Part shown: positions 49,549 to 58,277 of the stretch, in pieces
How the letters are laid out: every line of letters begins with the position of its first letter
How positions within the stretch are numbered: the stretch's first letter is position 1
Assembly (NCBI GenBank): GCA_963795085.1
Contig: CAWCFX010000004.1
Location: 64,001 to 128,000, forward strand
Reading direction: 5' to 3'
Length of the DNA stretch: 64,000 nucleotides
Source: an uncultured Gemmatimonadales bacterium
GTDB taxonomy: Bacteria; Gemmatimonadota; Gemmatimonadetes; Gemmatimonadales; GWC2-71-9
Notes under the pieces: generated by a model
The model's input: the letters and a program-made list of their open reading frames with translations, nothing else
Told to the model about the DNA's origin: nothing
The model's database searches: none
Program-made: the position numbers and the translations under genes

Positions 49549-51132
49549 TCACCTCTCCCTTTCTGTTACTACTGTCCTGCTCTGCTCCCGGACAAACTGC
49601 TGCACATAGTACGGGCCGCAGCCGCCCTTTCCGCTCGAACCTGATCCCTTCCACCCCGTGAAGGGCTGGGCTCCGGGCCAGGCGCCGGTGGTGGCACCGC
49701 TCCGCTTATTGGCATAACAGACGCCCGCCTCGATCTCGTCGAAGAAACGGTCTACTTCCTCCGGGTCCTCCGAGAAGATTCCCGCCGTCAAACCATACTC
49801 CGCCTTGTTGCTTTCGGCGATCGCCTGGTCCAGGGAGTCAACCTCGGCGACAGCCAGAAAGGGAACAAACAGCTCCTCGAAAAAGAGCGAGCTGGACAGC
49901 GGCACCCGCGCCACGGTGGGCGCCACGTAGTGGCCCTTGTCGAAGCCTCCGCCTTTCAGGCGATCACCACCGGCCAGGATGGTCCCCTCTTTCTTCGCCT
50001 GCTCCACCGCGGCCTCCCACCGCTTGACCGCTTTCTGGTTGATCACCGGGCCGAAATAGACATCCCGCTCGGTGGGATCGCCCATCTTCATGCCCTTCAT
50101 CTTGTCCAGCAGCTTGGCCACAAACGGCTCAACTATGGTTTTGTGGACATACACGCGGGAGGTGGCGCTGCACTTCTGGTTCTGCAGCCCAAAGGCCGAC
50201 TTCATGACTCCTTCGGCCGCCGCGTCGAGGTCCGCTGACTCCATCACGATCGCCGGGTTCTTGCCCCCCAGCTCAAGCAGGCACGGCTTGATCCACTTCC
50301 GGCTGATCCCCTGGTGAATCCGAAGCCCCACCGCCTTGGACCCGGTGAAGACGATACCGTCCACCCCGGGATGCTGCCATAGCGCATCTCCCATGACCGA
50401 CCCGTGGCCGGACAGGAAGCTGAACACCCCTGTGGGCATCCCGGCGTCGCGATAGACCTCGTACAACTGCCAGCCGGTAAGCGGGGTATCCTCCGCCGGC
50501 TTGTACACCACCGCGTTGCCGGTCATCAGCGCCGCGGAGGACATCCCGGTGGATAGCGCCAACGGGAAGTTGAACGGTGCGATACACGCGAAGACCCCGT
50601 AGGGCCGCTGCACGTCGGTGTTGCGCTCGATCGGCGTCAGATTGGCCATCGGACGGACGAAGCCGTTAGCGTCCTCCACCTGCTGGGCGTAGTAGTCGAT
50701 CAAGTCCGCCGCTTCTTCCGCGTCCCCCATGGACTCCAGCCGGCTCTTGCCCACCTCCAGGCTCATGGTGGCGGCGAGGTCGTACTTCCGGTCCCGGATG
50801 ATCTCCGCGGCGCGCCGGATGATCGCCAGCCGCTCCTGCCAGGGCCGGCGACCCCAGCCCTTCTGGGCTCGGCGGGCGGCCTGGACGGCCAGGTCCACCT
50901 GCTGGGGACCCGCTGCGGCAAAGGTGCCGATCACCACGGACGTGTCGATGGGGGAGGTGTCCACGATGGGATCGCCTCCGCCGCTCCCGGGTACCTCCCG
51001 GCCGTCGATCAGCAGCGGGTAGGTCTTCCCGAGCTGGGACCGCAACCGGGTGAGCGCCTCGTCGAAGCGACGGTGGAAGTCGTCCAGGTCGACGTTGGTG
51101 GAGGTGTAGGTGACTTTCTGGGTAGTAGCCAT
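49549..51132 (-). CDS. Aldehyde dehydrogenase, P5C-dehydrogenase (PruA/RocA)-like
   Basis: IAPFNFP, FTGS, LELGGKN, QNQKCSATSR (catalytic Cys), EELF, YGLTAG, QPFTGWKGSG; RocA-like N-terminus. Confidence 0.88.
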   Translation of the reverse strand: MATTQKVTYTSTNVDLDDFHRRFDEALTRLRSQLGKTYPLLIDGREVPGSGGGDPIVDTSPIDTSVVIGTFAAAGPQQVDLAVQAARRAQKGWGRRPWQERLAIIRRAAEIIRDRKYDLAATMSLEVGKSRLESMGDAEEAADLIDYYAQQVEDANGFVRPMANLTPIERNTDVQRPYGVFACIAPFNFPLALSTGMSSAALMTGNAVVYKPAEDTPLTGWQLYEVYRDAGMPTGVFSFLSGHGSVMGDALWQHPGVDGIVFTGSKAVGLRIHQGISRKWIKPCLLELGGKNPAIVMESADLDAAAEGVMKSAFGLQNQKCSATSRVYVHKTIVEPFVAKLLDKMKGMKMGDPTERDVYFGPVINQKAVKRWEAAVEQAKKEGTILAGGDRLKGGGFDKGHYVAPTVARVPLSSSLFFEELFVPFLAVAEVDSLDQAIAESNKAEYGLTAGIFSEDPEEVDRFFDEIEAGVCYANKRSGATTGAWPGAQPFTGWKGSGSSGKGGCGPYYVQQFVREQSRTVVTERER

Positions 51133-51135
51133 GAT

Positions 51136-52467
51136 TCAGTCCATCGCCTTCAGGGTTTGCGAGAACAGGGCGATCATTTCGTCAATCTGGTCTTCGGTCA
51201 CGATGAATGGAGGCGCCAGCATGACCAGGTCGCCGTTGGTGCCGTCGGCCTGCCCGACATTGGCCCAGACGATCAGGCCGTTCGCCCGGGCGGCGTCGGT
51301 GAAGCGCTCGGCGAATTTCCGGGCCCGCGGCATCGGAGCCTTGGTCGCCTTGTCGGCCACGAACTCGATCCCGGCCAGCAGGCCCCGGCCCCGGACGTCT
51401 CCCACCAGGGGCAAGTCCAGCAGGGCGCGCAATCGCTCATGAAACACCGGCCCGATGACGGCGCAGCGCTCGATCAGTCTGTGCTTCTCCAGGTACTGAA
51501 TGGACGCCAGCCCGGCCGCACACAGCACCGGGTTGTGGGAGAATGTCTGTGCGTGCATGAAGTCGCCGGACCCCGCAACCAGAGCATCCAGGATCCTGCG
51601 GCCGGTCACGATCGCCGACAGCGGAGCGTAGCCGCCGCTGAGCCCCTTGCCCAGGATCAGGATGTCGGGGGTGACGCCGAACTGCTCGATGGCCGTGTAG
51701 GTCCCGGTCCGGCCGGCTCCGACCAGCACCTCATCCGCGATGAACAGGACATTGTGCCGGTCGCAGATGGCCCGGATCTCCTTGAAATACCCCGGCGGCG
51801 GCACCGAGGCACCGGTCGAGGATCCCCCAATCGGCTCGGCGATGAACGCCGCGATGTTCATCGCGCCCTGCTGCAGGATCATGGTCTCCAGCGCCTCGCC
51901 GGTGCAGCCCAGGCATTCCGGCTCGCCGCCGCCGCACTTGCATCGGTACGGATAGGGCGCGGGAATTCGGACGACGTCCACCATCCACTGCCAGTACATC
52001 AGCTTGTAATGCTCCCGGGCCGAAGCGGAGAGGGCCAGCAGGGTGTTGCCATGGTAGGATGGCTGCAGGGCGATGATCTTGTGCTTCGACGGCTGCCCTG
52101 CTTCCACCCAGTACTGCCGGGCCAGCTTGAGCGCCGCCTCCACCGCCTCCGACCCGCTGCTCAGGAAATAGGAATACTCCAGGCCGGGACCGCACCGGCG
52201 GGCCAGTTCCGTGCTCAGGTCCTCCACGGCCTGGTGGGTGAAAGCGGTTCCATTGATGTAGCCGACCCGGCCGGCCTGCGCCGCCATGGCCGCGCCGATC
52301 TCCATGACCCCATGCCCCAGGTTGGCCACGAATGCCCCCCCGGAACCGTCCAGGTACCGCTTTCCGGTCTCGTCGTACAGGCAGCACCCTTCCCCCCGCA
52401 CGATGAGCGGGTGATCCCGCTGAAGGCGGCGGTAGAAAACGCTGGAATTTGGATAGGCGTGTTTCAT
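51136..52467 (-). CDS. Class-III PLP aminotransferase (YodT/BioA-like subgroup)
   Basis: YLDGSGGA.V.NLGHG, SGSEAVE.ALKLARQYW, SYHGNT, DEVLVGAGRTG, LGKGLSGGY, HAQTF. Confidence 0.9.
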   Translation of the reverse strand: MKHAYPNSSVFYRRLQRDHPLIVRGEGCCLYDETGKRYLDGSGGAFVANLGHGVMEIGAAMAAQAGRVGYINGTAFTHQAVEDLSTELARRCGPGLEYSYFLSSGSEAVEAALKLARQYWVEAGQPSKHKIIALQPSYHGNTLLALSASAREHYKLMYWQWMVDVVRIPAPYPYRCKCGGGEPECLGCTGEALETMILQQGAMNIAAFIAEPIGGSSTGASVPPPGYFKEIRAICDRHNVLFIADEVLVGAGRTGTYTAIEQFGVTPDILILGKGLSGGYAPLSAIVTGRRILDALVAGSGDFMHAQTFSHNPVLCAAGLASIQYLEKHRLIERCAVIGPVFHERLRALLDLPLVGDVRGRGLLAGIEFVADKATKAPMPRARKFAERFTDAARANGLIVWANVGQADGTNGDLVMLAPPFIVTEDQIDEMIALFSQTLKAMD

Positions 52468-52534
52468 ATGCTTATTCTTGAGAGACTCTGGACCCGGTTC
52501 GTATTCTAACACCCCTCGCCCTCATCGTCCCGCC

Positions 52535-53782
52535 ATGCGATTTCTCCTGCTCCTGGTGCTCGCGTCTCTCCCCCTCCGGCCGGCGGCGGCTCAGACCCCG
52601 GAACGCGCCCGGGACCTGGGTGTCCCCCTCGATGGCGTTCCCGGCCGCCTCAACGCCATCACCGACGTGCCCGGCGTTCGGGTCGGCCACACCACCATCA
52701 TCCGGGGCAGCGGGGACCTGGTGCCCGGGCAGGGGCCGGTGCGCACCGGGGTCACCGCGGTGTTCCCGACCGGGGACTCCATCCTCCGGCCAGTCTTTGC
52801 GGGGTGGTTCAGCCTCAACGGCAACGGGGAGATGACCGGGACCACCTGGATCGAAGAATACGGAGAACTCCTCTACCCGGTCCTGATCACCAACACCAAC
52901 AGCGTCGGGGTCGCCCGCGACGCGGTCATCGAGTGGGGCCGCGAACGGCTTGCCCCCGACGCCTGGAACTGCTGTCTCCCGGTGGCCGCGGAGACCTGGG
53001 ACGGCGACCTGAACGATATCTTCGGCTTTCATGTCACCCGCGACGATGTATTCAACGCGCTGAACACCGCCCGCGCCGGGCCGGTCGCGGAGGGCAACGT
53101 CGGAGGCGGGACGGGCATGCAGTGTCTCGGGTTCAAGGGAGGCATCGGCACGGCGTCGCGGCGGGTGGGAATCGCCAGCGACACTTTTACGGTTGGTGTC
53201 CTGGTCCAGTGCAACTTCGGCAGCCGGAACCAGCTTCGAGTCGCCGGCATTCCAGTCGGCCGGGAAATCACGGCGCCTCCCGACTGCTACGACTCAGACA
53301 GCCCCCTCGACTCTGACCGGGCGGCGCAGCGCTGCCCGCGCGAGCAGGGCCGGGCGCCCGCCCCGCGTGAGCCCGATGGGTACCTGCCAGCCAGCTACGA
53401 GGATGACCACGGCTCCATCATCGTGGTGATTGCCACCGATGCTCCCCTGCTTCCCCACCAGCTCAAGCGCATCGCCAAACGCGCCTCGCTCGGCGTCGCC
53501 CGCGCCGGCGGCGTCGCCGGCAGCGGGTCAGGGGACATATTCCTCGCCTTTTCCACCGTCCCCGCCGAGTCCTCCGATTCGAGCATCCTGACCCAGCGCA
53601 TGGTGCACGACCGCCGCATCAATACCCTGTACGAAGCCACCGTTCAGGCCACCGAAGAGTCAATTCTCAACGCCATGCTCGCCGCCCGCACCATGACGGG
53701 CGCCAACTACTACCGCGTTACCGCCTTGCCGCACGAGGAGTTGCGGTCGGTGCTGGCGCGCTACAACCGGCTCACCCGTTGA
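52535..53782 (+). CDS. Secreted DmpA/BapA-family (P1/S58) aminopeptidase
   Basis: Signal peptide; NAITDVPGVRVGH, RTGVT, LNGNGEMTG, EGNVGGGTGM, autoprocessing site G|SIIVVIATDAP, GSGDIF. Confidence 0.9.
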   Translation: MRFLLLLVLASLPLRPAAAQTPERARDLGVPLDGVPGRLNAITDVPGVRVGHTTIIRGSGDLVPGQGPVRTGVTAVFPTGDSILRPVFAGWFSLNGNGEMTGTTWIEEYGELLYPVLITNTNSVGVARDAVIEWGRERLAPDAWNCCLPVAAETWDGDLNDIFGFHVTRDDVFNALNTARAGPVAEGNVGGGTGMQCLGFKGGIGTASRRVGIASDTFTVGVLVQCNFGSRNQLRVAGIPVGREITAPPDCYDSDSPLDSDRAAQRCPREQGRAPAPREPDGYLPASYEDDHGSIIVVIATDAPLLPHQLKRIAKRASLGVARAGGVAGSGSGDIFLAFSTVPAESSDSSILTQRMVHDRRINTLYEATVQATEESILNAMLAARTMTGANYYRVTALPHEELRSVLARYNRLTR

Positions 53783-53897
53783 TTGCCTGGCCATGCCTGG
53801 CTCAAGATGATCTCGACCTTCGCCAGCCCGGACCCGGCCCTGCCGAAGATCGGGATGCCGTTCGGCATCCGACCTACCCCCGGAAATGAATGGCGCG

Positions 53898-55048
53898 CTA
53901 CAGGCCGGATCCTTCAATAGCTTCGAGAAACGAGCGGTCCCACGCCGCGGGCACGCTCTCCCGGGGAGAGTAGGGTCCCGGCTCGTAGGCCAGCGAAGAG
54001 ATTCCCGCGAAGCTCAATTCGGTGATATGCCAGTCCTGGCGATTGGTCGTGTCCCAGAACTCCACGGCATCGTCCGGGTGGAAGTCCGGCCGCGCGAACG
54101 CGTCGGGGTGGAACAGCCACTCGCACACCACCCGGGTGCGCCCCGCGGACTGAGGCCAGAGCGTGTAGTACACCACGTAGTCGGGGTGGATGCTCAACAT
54201 CAGGTTCGGAAAGATGGTGTAGTAGTACGCCCGCTGCAGATCCTCGCCCGACAGGTCACCCAGCGGCAGGCCGCAGGCACGGCCGCTCATGGTCATGCTG
54301 CGGTTGGGCGCCGAGATAACCATGTAGCCGCCGAGCACATGCCCCTCGGTCAGGTCGTTGGCGCCGCTGGTGTACGGCATCAGGCTGGAAAGCTCCGGGT
54401 GGATCACCGGGCAGTGCAGGCATTCCGAATAGTTCTGAAAAACCAGTTTCCAGTTGGAGTTGACGTCGTACTCGATCCGCCGGCCGGCCTTGAGCCGGGG
54501 CAGCGCAAAACGGCTGAACCGTCCAACCAGCGGCGCCAGCGCGACCTCGAACGGTTCAGGCTCGGCCCCCAGGTGGAGGAAGATGAAGCCCTCCCACTCG
54601 TGTACCGCGACCGGCTTGAGCGGGTAATCGGCCTTGGCGAAATCCACCGCTTCCTGCATGTGCGGCGCCCCGACCAGCCGGCCATCGGTCGCATAGGTCC
54701 AGGCGTGGTAGGGACACTGGATGGTCTCGCCGAAGCGGCCCTGCGCGGATTCGCAGATCCGGGTGCCACGGTGCCGGCACGTATTGTAAAAGGCGCGCAC
54801 CTGTCCGCCCTTGCGGTCGCGGAGAACAATGATGCTCTCCTTGCCGATGGCCTGCAGGAAATATTCTCCCGGCTCCGGATGGCGGCGGACCGGCCCACGC
54901 AGAACCAGTGCCTGGTCAGCAGGTACTCCTGCTCCCGCACGAAGACATCCGGCGAGGTGTAGTAATGCCCCGGCATGGTTCGGGCACCCGGCTGGAACGA
55001 CTTCACGGTGGAGACGAACGATCCCATGGTATGGTTCTCCTCGGTCAT
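53898..55048 (-). pseudogene. Rieske non-heme iron oxygenase alpha subunit (choline/carnitine/betaine monooxygenase-like), with a single-base frameshift near 54877
   Basis: N-terminus MTEENH...YYTSPDVF..E...HWFCVGRSAAI is in one frame; PEPGEYF...CRHRG...CPYHAW...NWK...ECLHC..IH...QD is in another. ATCCGGAG lacks one C relative to the in-frame ATCCCGGAG. Confidence 0.85.
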
Positions 55049-56634
55049 GAATCCTTGAGCATCGCTTTCGCGGCCAGCCGGCCCGCACCACCGACGATCC
55101 CGCCGCCAGGATGGGTACCGGATCCACCCAGGTAGAGCCGGCGCACCGGGGTCCGGTGATGGCCCCACCCCGGGACCGGCCGCATGAAGAGGATCTGGTC
55201 CAGTCCCATCTCGCCGTGGTACAGGCTGCCTTCGGTAACCGAATAACGCTCCGCCAGGTCCGCGGGCGTCAGCACCTGCCTGGCCAGGACGGCGCCTTTC
55301 AGGTTCGGAGCCCGCTCGGCGAGGGATGCCACGACCAGGTCACCCAGCGACTCCCGGGCGGCGGCGTCCCAGCCATCCTTCCTGCGGTAGGGAGCATACT
55401 GCATCCAGACCGACATGACGTGCCGGCCCGCTGGAGCCAGCGACGGATCGGCCAGCGACGGAATGACCGCCTCGATGTACGGCCGTCGGGAGGTGCGGCC
55501 ATGCTTGGCGTCGTCATAGGCCTGCTCGAGATAGTCCAGGCTCGGACTCAGCGAAATGACGCCGTGCAGAGCGTCCTCGCCCGAGACTCCAGTGAAATGC
55601 GGTAGTTCACCCAGAGCGAGATTCACCTTGGCCGCGACGCCCCGGTAGCGGATGTTGGCGAGGGCCCGCAGGTATTCGGGGGCCAGGTTAGCCGGGTCCA
55701 CCATGGCCAGCATGGTCTGCCGCGGGTCCACCGTGGAGACAACCTGGCGCGCCGCGATATCGTCGCCGCCCTGGAGGACAACCCCCGTGACCCCACCGCC
55801 GTCGGTGCGCACCCGCTCGACCCGGGCTCCGGTCCGTACCTCGACACCCAGGTGAACGGCCGCCTCGCGCAGCAAGGCACTCATCGTGCCCGCACCGCCT
55901 CGGCGAAGGGAGCCGCCGCGAAAGACGCCGGCCGGGTTGCCTACCCGGTGATGCAGCATGACGAATGCGGTGCCCGCGGAGCGGGGACCCTGCAGAATCC
56001 CGGTGATCCCCGCGGCGCCCAGGGCGCCTTTCAACCCGTCATACTCGAACCAGTCGTCCAGCAGCTCCGCCACCGACATGGGAAGGACCCGGAGGAACTC
56101 GACCATGTCCTCCTTGCCCATGCCCCGGACCCGGCGTCCCAAGCCAAGCAACTGCCAGAGGTCGGCGGGCCGGGAGCTGGTCAACTGGGGCGGCGTCAGG
56201 CCATAGGCATACTGCAGGAAGCCGGTCAGCTTCTGAGCCAGGCGGCAGAAGTCTGCCCACTTCCCGGCATCGGCGGAGGAATGGCGGCGCAGCTCGGCCG
56301 CGGTCGGGTCGATTCCGCGGCGAAGCAACAGGGCCCCATCGTCGGTAAGCGCGAGGCAGGAAACGTCGGGCTCCAGCAGAGACTGCTGCCCGGTGCCAAG
56401 CGACAGGTCCTCCGCGAGAGCCGGGTCGAGCCAGCCAGACTGATGCAGGGCGGTATCCACCCGGAACCCGGGGTGGAACTCCTCGGTGGCGTGTACTCCG
56501 CCCACCTCCGGGCGAGCCTCGACCACCAGCACCCGTTTCCCGGCCCGGGCCAGGTAAGACGCCGCCACCAGGCCGTTGTGCCCGGCTCCGATCACGACGA
56601 CGTCGTAGGATGAACTTGTCATGCGATCAGACAC
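55045..56634 (-). CDS. Phytoene-dehydrogenase-like (PYROXD2-like) FAD oxidoreductase, copy 2
   Basis: IGAGHNGL, GPRSAGTA, AYDDAK.G, TP.DL, GSLYHGE, GSGTHPGGG. Confidence 0.88.
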   Translation of the reverse strand: MSDRMTSSSYDVVVIGAGHNGLVAASYLARAGKRVLVVEARPEVGGVHATEEFHPGFRVDTALHQSGWLDPALAEDLSLGTGQQSLLEPDVSCLALTDDGALLLRRGIDPTAAELRRHSSADAGKWADFCRLAQKLTGFLQYAYGLTPPQLTSSRPADLWQLLGLGRRVRGMGKEDMVEFLRVLPMSVAELLDDWFEYDGLKGALGAAGITGILQGPRSAGTAFVMLHHRVGNPAGVFRGGSLRRGGAGTMSALLREAAVHLGVEVRTGARVERVRTDGGGVTGVVLQGGDDIAARQVVSTVDPRQTMLAMVDPANLAPEYLRALANIRYRGVAAKVNLALGELPHFTGVSGEDALHGVISLSPSLDYLEQAYDDAKHGRTSRRPYIEAVIPSLADPSLAPAGRHVMSVWMQYAPYRRKDGWDAAARESLGDLVVASLAERAPNLKGAVLARQVLTPADLAERYSVTEGSLYHGEMGLDQILFMRPVPGWGHHRTPVRRLYLGGSGTHPGGGIVGGAGRLAAKAMLKDS

Positions 56635-56657
56635 CCCGGTGAGGACGATTCACACGC

Positions 56658-56692
56658 CACTCGGCACTCGGCACTCTGCACTCTCCCCTCTC
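56658..56692 (+). repeat. Degenerate heptamer tandem repeat (CACTCGG-like)
   Basis: cactcgg-cactcgg-cactctg-cactctc-ccctctc. Confidence 0.75.
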
Positions 56693-56696
56693 CCCC

Positions 56697-58277
56697 TCAC
56701 CGCTTCAGAATCTCCATCGCCGCCAGCCGCCCCGAGGCTCCCATGATCCCGCCGCCGGGATGGGTCCCTGCGCCACACTGGTAGTAGTTACGGATCGGCG
56801 TGGTGTAGCGAGACCAGGCTGGGGCGGGCCGCAGAAAGAAGAGCTGGTGCAGCGCCAGCTCACCCTGAAAAATGTTCCCCTCGCTCAAGCCCGTGATGTC
56901 CTCGATGTCTCGCGGCGTTATGACCTGGCGATGCCGGATGATCGACTTGATGTTGGGGGCGTGCTCGGCGAGCGTGTCGATGACGGCGTCGCCGAACGCT
57001 TCTCGCTTCTGGTCGGTCCAGCCGCCGTTGAGGTGGTAAGGCGCGTACTGGACAAAAATGGACATCACGTGCTTGCCTGGCGGCGCCATCCCCGGATCGA
57101 TCATCGATGGGATGATGATGTCCATGTAGGGCTGGCGGGAGAACTCGCCGTACTTCGCGTCGTCGTAGGCCCGCTCGATGTAATCGATGCTGGGGCTGAT
57201 CGAAATTGCCCCCCGAAGATGGGGGCCGTCGCCGGGCATGCAGGTGAAATCTGGCAGGGCATCCAGCGCCAGGTTCACCTTGCCGGAGGACCCCCGGAAC
57301 TTGAAACGCCGGATCGCCTCGACCAGGTCGTCGGGCAGCTGTTTCGGATCCACCATCCGGGTAAACGTCTGCCGGGGGTCCAGCCCGGATACCACCGTTC
57401 TGGCCCGGATCTCGTCGCCGTTCTCAAGTGCCACCCCGATGGCCTTCCCCCCCCGCACGATGACCTGCGCCACCGGTGCGTTCACCCGTATTTCAGCCCC
57501 GAAACCCCGGGCGGCCGACGCGATCGACTCGCTGATCGCGCCCGTACCGCCCTTGGCGAAGCCCCAGGCCCGGAAGGCCCCGTCGATCTCGCCCATGTAG
57601 TGATGCAGGAGCACGTAGGCCGTACCCGGCGACCGCGGCCCCAGGAACGTCCCGATGATACCGCTGGCTGACTTGGTGGCTTTGAGCGGTTCGCATTCGA
57701 ACCATTCGTCGAGAAAGTCCGAGGCGCTCATCGTCATCAGCTTGTAGAGCGCGTGGAAATGCTCTTCCCCCAGCGAGGAGAAGTGCCGACCCAGCTTGCC
57801 CAGCGACACCAGCTCCCGGGGATCCAGACTCGTCGGATCGGGGGGCGCCATGCCGAGGATCGGACGTACCGCCATCGCCATATGGTGCATCAGCCGGCCG
57901 AACTCGTCGTAGGCCTCGGCGTCACGGGGCGAGTGCCGAACCAGCTCTCGCCGGGTGAGATCGTGGTCGGCCCAGGAGGCCAGGTAATCGCCGTTGGGCA
58001 GGGGGGTCAGGGTGCTTTCCAGCGGAAGGACCTGCAGCCCGTGGGCCGGCAGATCCAGATCACGGATGATCTCCGGCCGCAGCAGGCTCACCACGTAGGA
58101 AAACACCGAAAACTTGTAGCCCGGGAAAATCTCCTCCGTCACCGCCGCGCCACCAACCAGGTGCCGGCGTTCCAGTACCAGCACCCGCTGCCCGGCGCGC
58201 GCCAGGTAGGCCGCGGTGACCAGGCCGTTATGGCCGCCCCCGATGATGACCGCATCGTACTGATTGGTGGAGGTCAT
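56697..58277 (-). CDS. Phytoene-dehydrogenase-like (PYROXD2-like) FAD oxidoreductase, copy 1
   Basis: IGGGHNGL, GGAAVTEE, SY.VSLLRP, GPRSPGTAYVLLHHYMG, GNIFQGE, GAGTHPGGGIMG. Confidence 0.9.
   Translation of the reverse strand: MTSTNQYDAVIIGGGHNGLVTAAYLARAGQRVLVLERRHLVGGAAVTEEIFPGYKFSVFSYVVSLLRPEIIRDLDLPAHGLQVLPLESTLTPLPNGDYLASWADHDLTRRELVRHSPRDAEAYDEFGRLMHHMAMAVRPILGMAPPDPTSLDPRELVSLGKLGRHFSSLGEEHFHALYKLMTMSASDFLDEWFECEPLKATKSASGIIGTFLGPRSPGTAYVLLHHYMGEIDGAFRAWGFAKGGTGAISESIASAARGFGAEIRVNAPVAQVIVRGGKAIGVALENGDEIRARTVVSGLDPRQTFTRMVDPKQLPDDLVEAIRRFKFRGSSGKVNLALDALPDFTCMPGDGPHLRGAISISPSIDYIERAYDDAKYGEFSRQPYMDIIIPSMIDPGMAPPGKHVMSIFVQYAPYHLNGGWTDQKREAFGDAVIDTLAEHAPNIKSIIRHRQVITPRDIEDITGLSEGNIFQGELALHQLFFLRPAPAWSRYTTPIRNYYQCGAGTHPGGGIMGASGRLAAMEILKR

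Noticed and set aside
55045..58277. Carotenoid biosynthesis (crtI/crtO) genes
   Set aside because: No crtB, crtE or crtY nearby, and the operon context is GcvT-like, Rieske and IclR.
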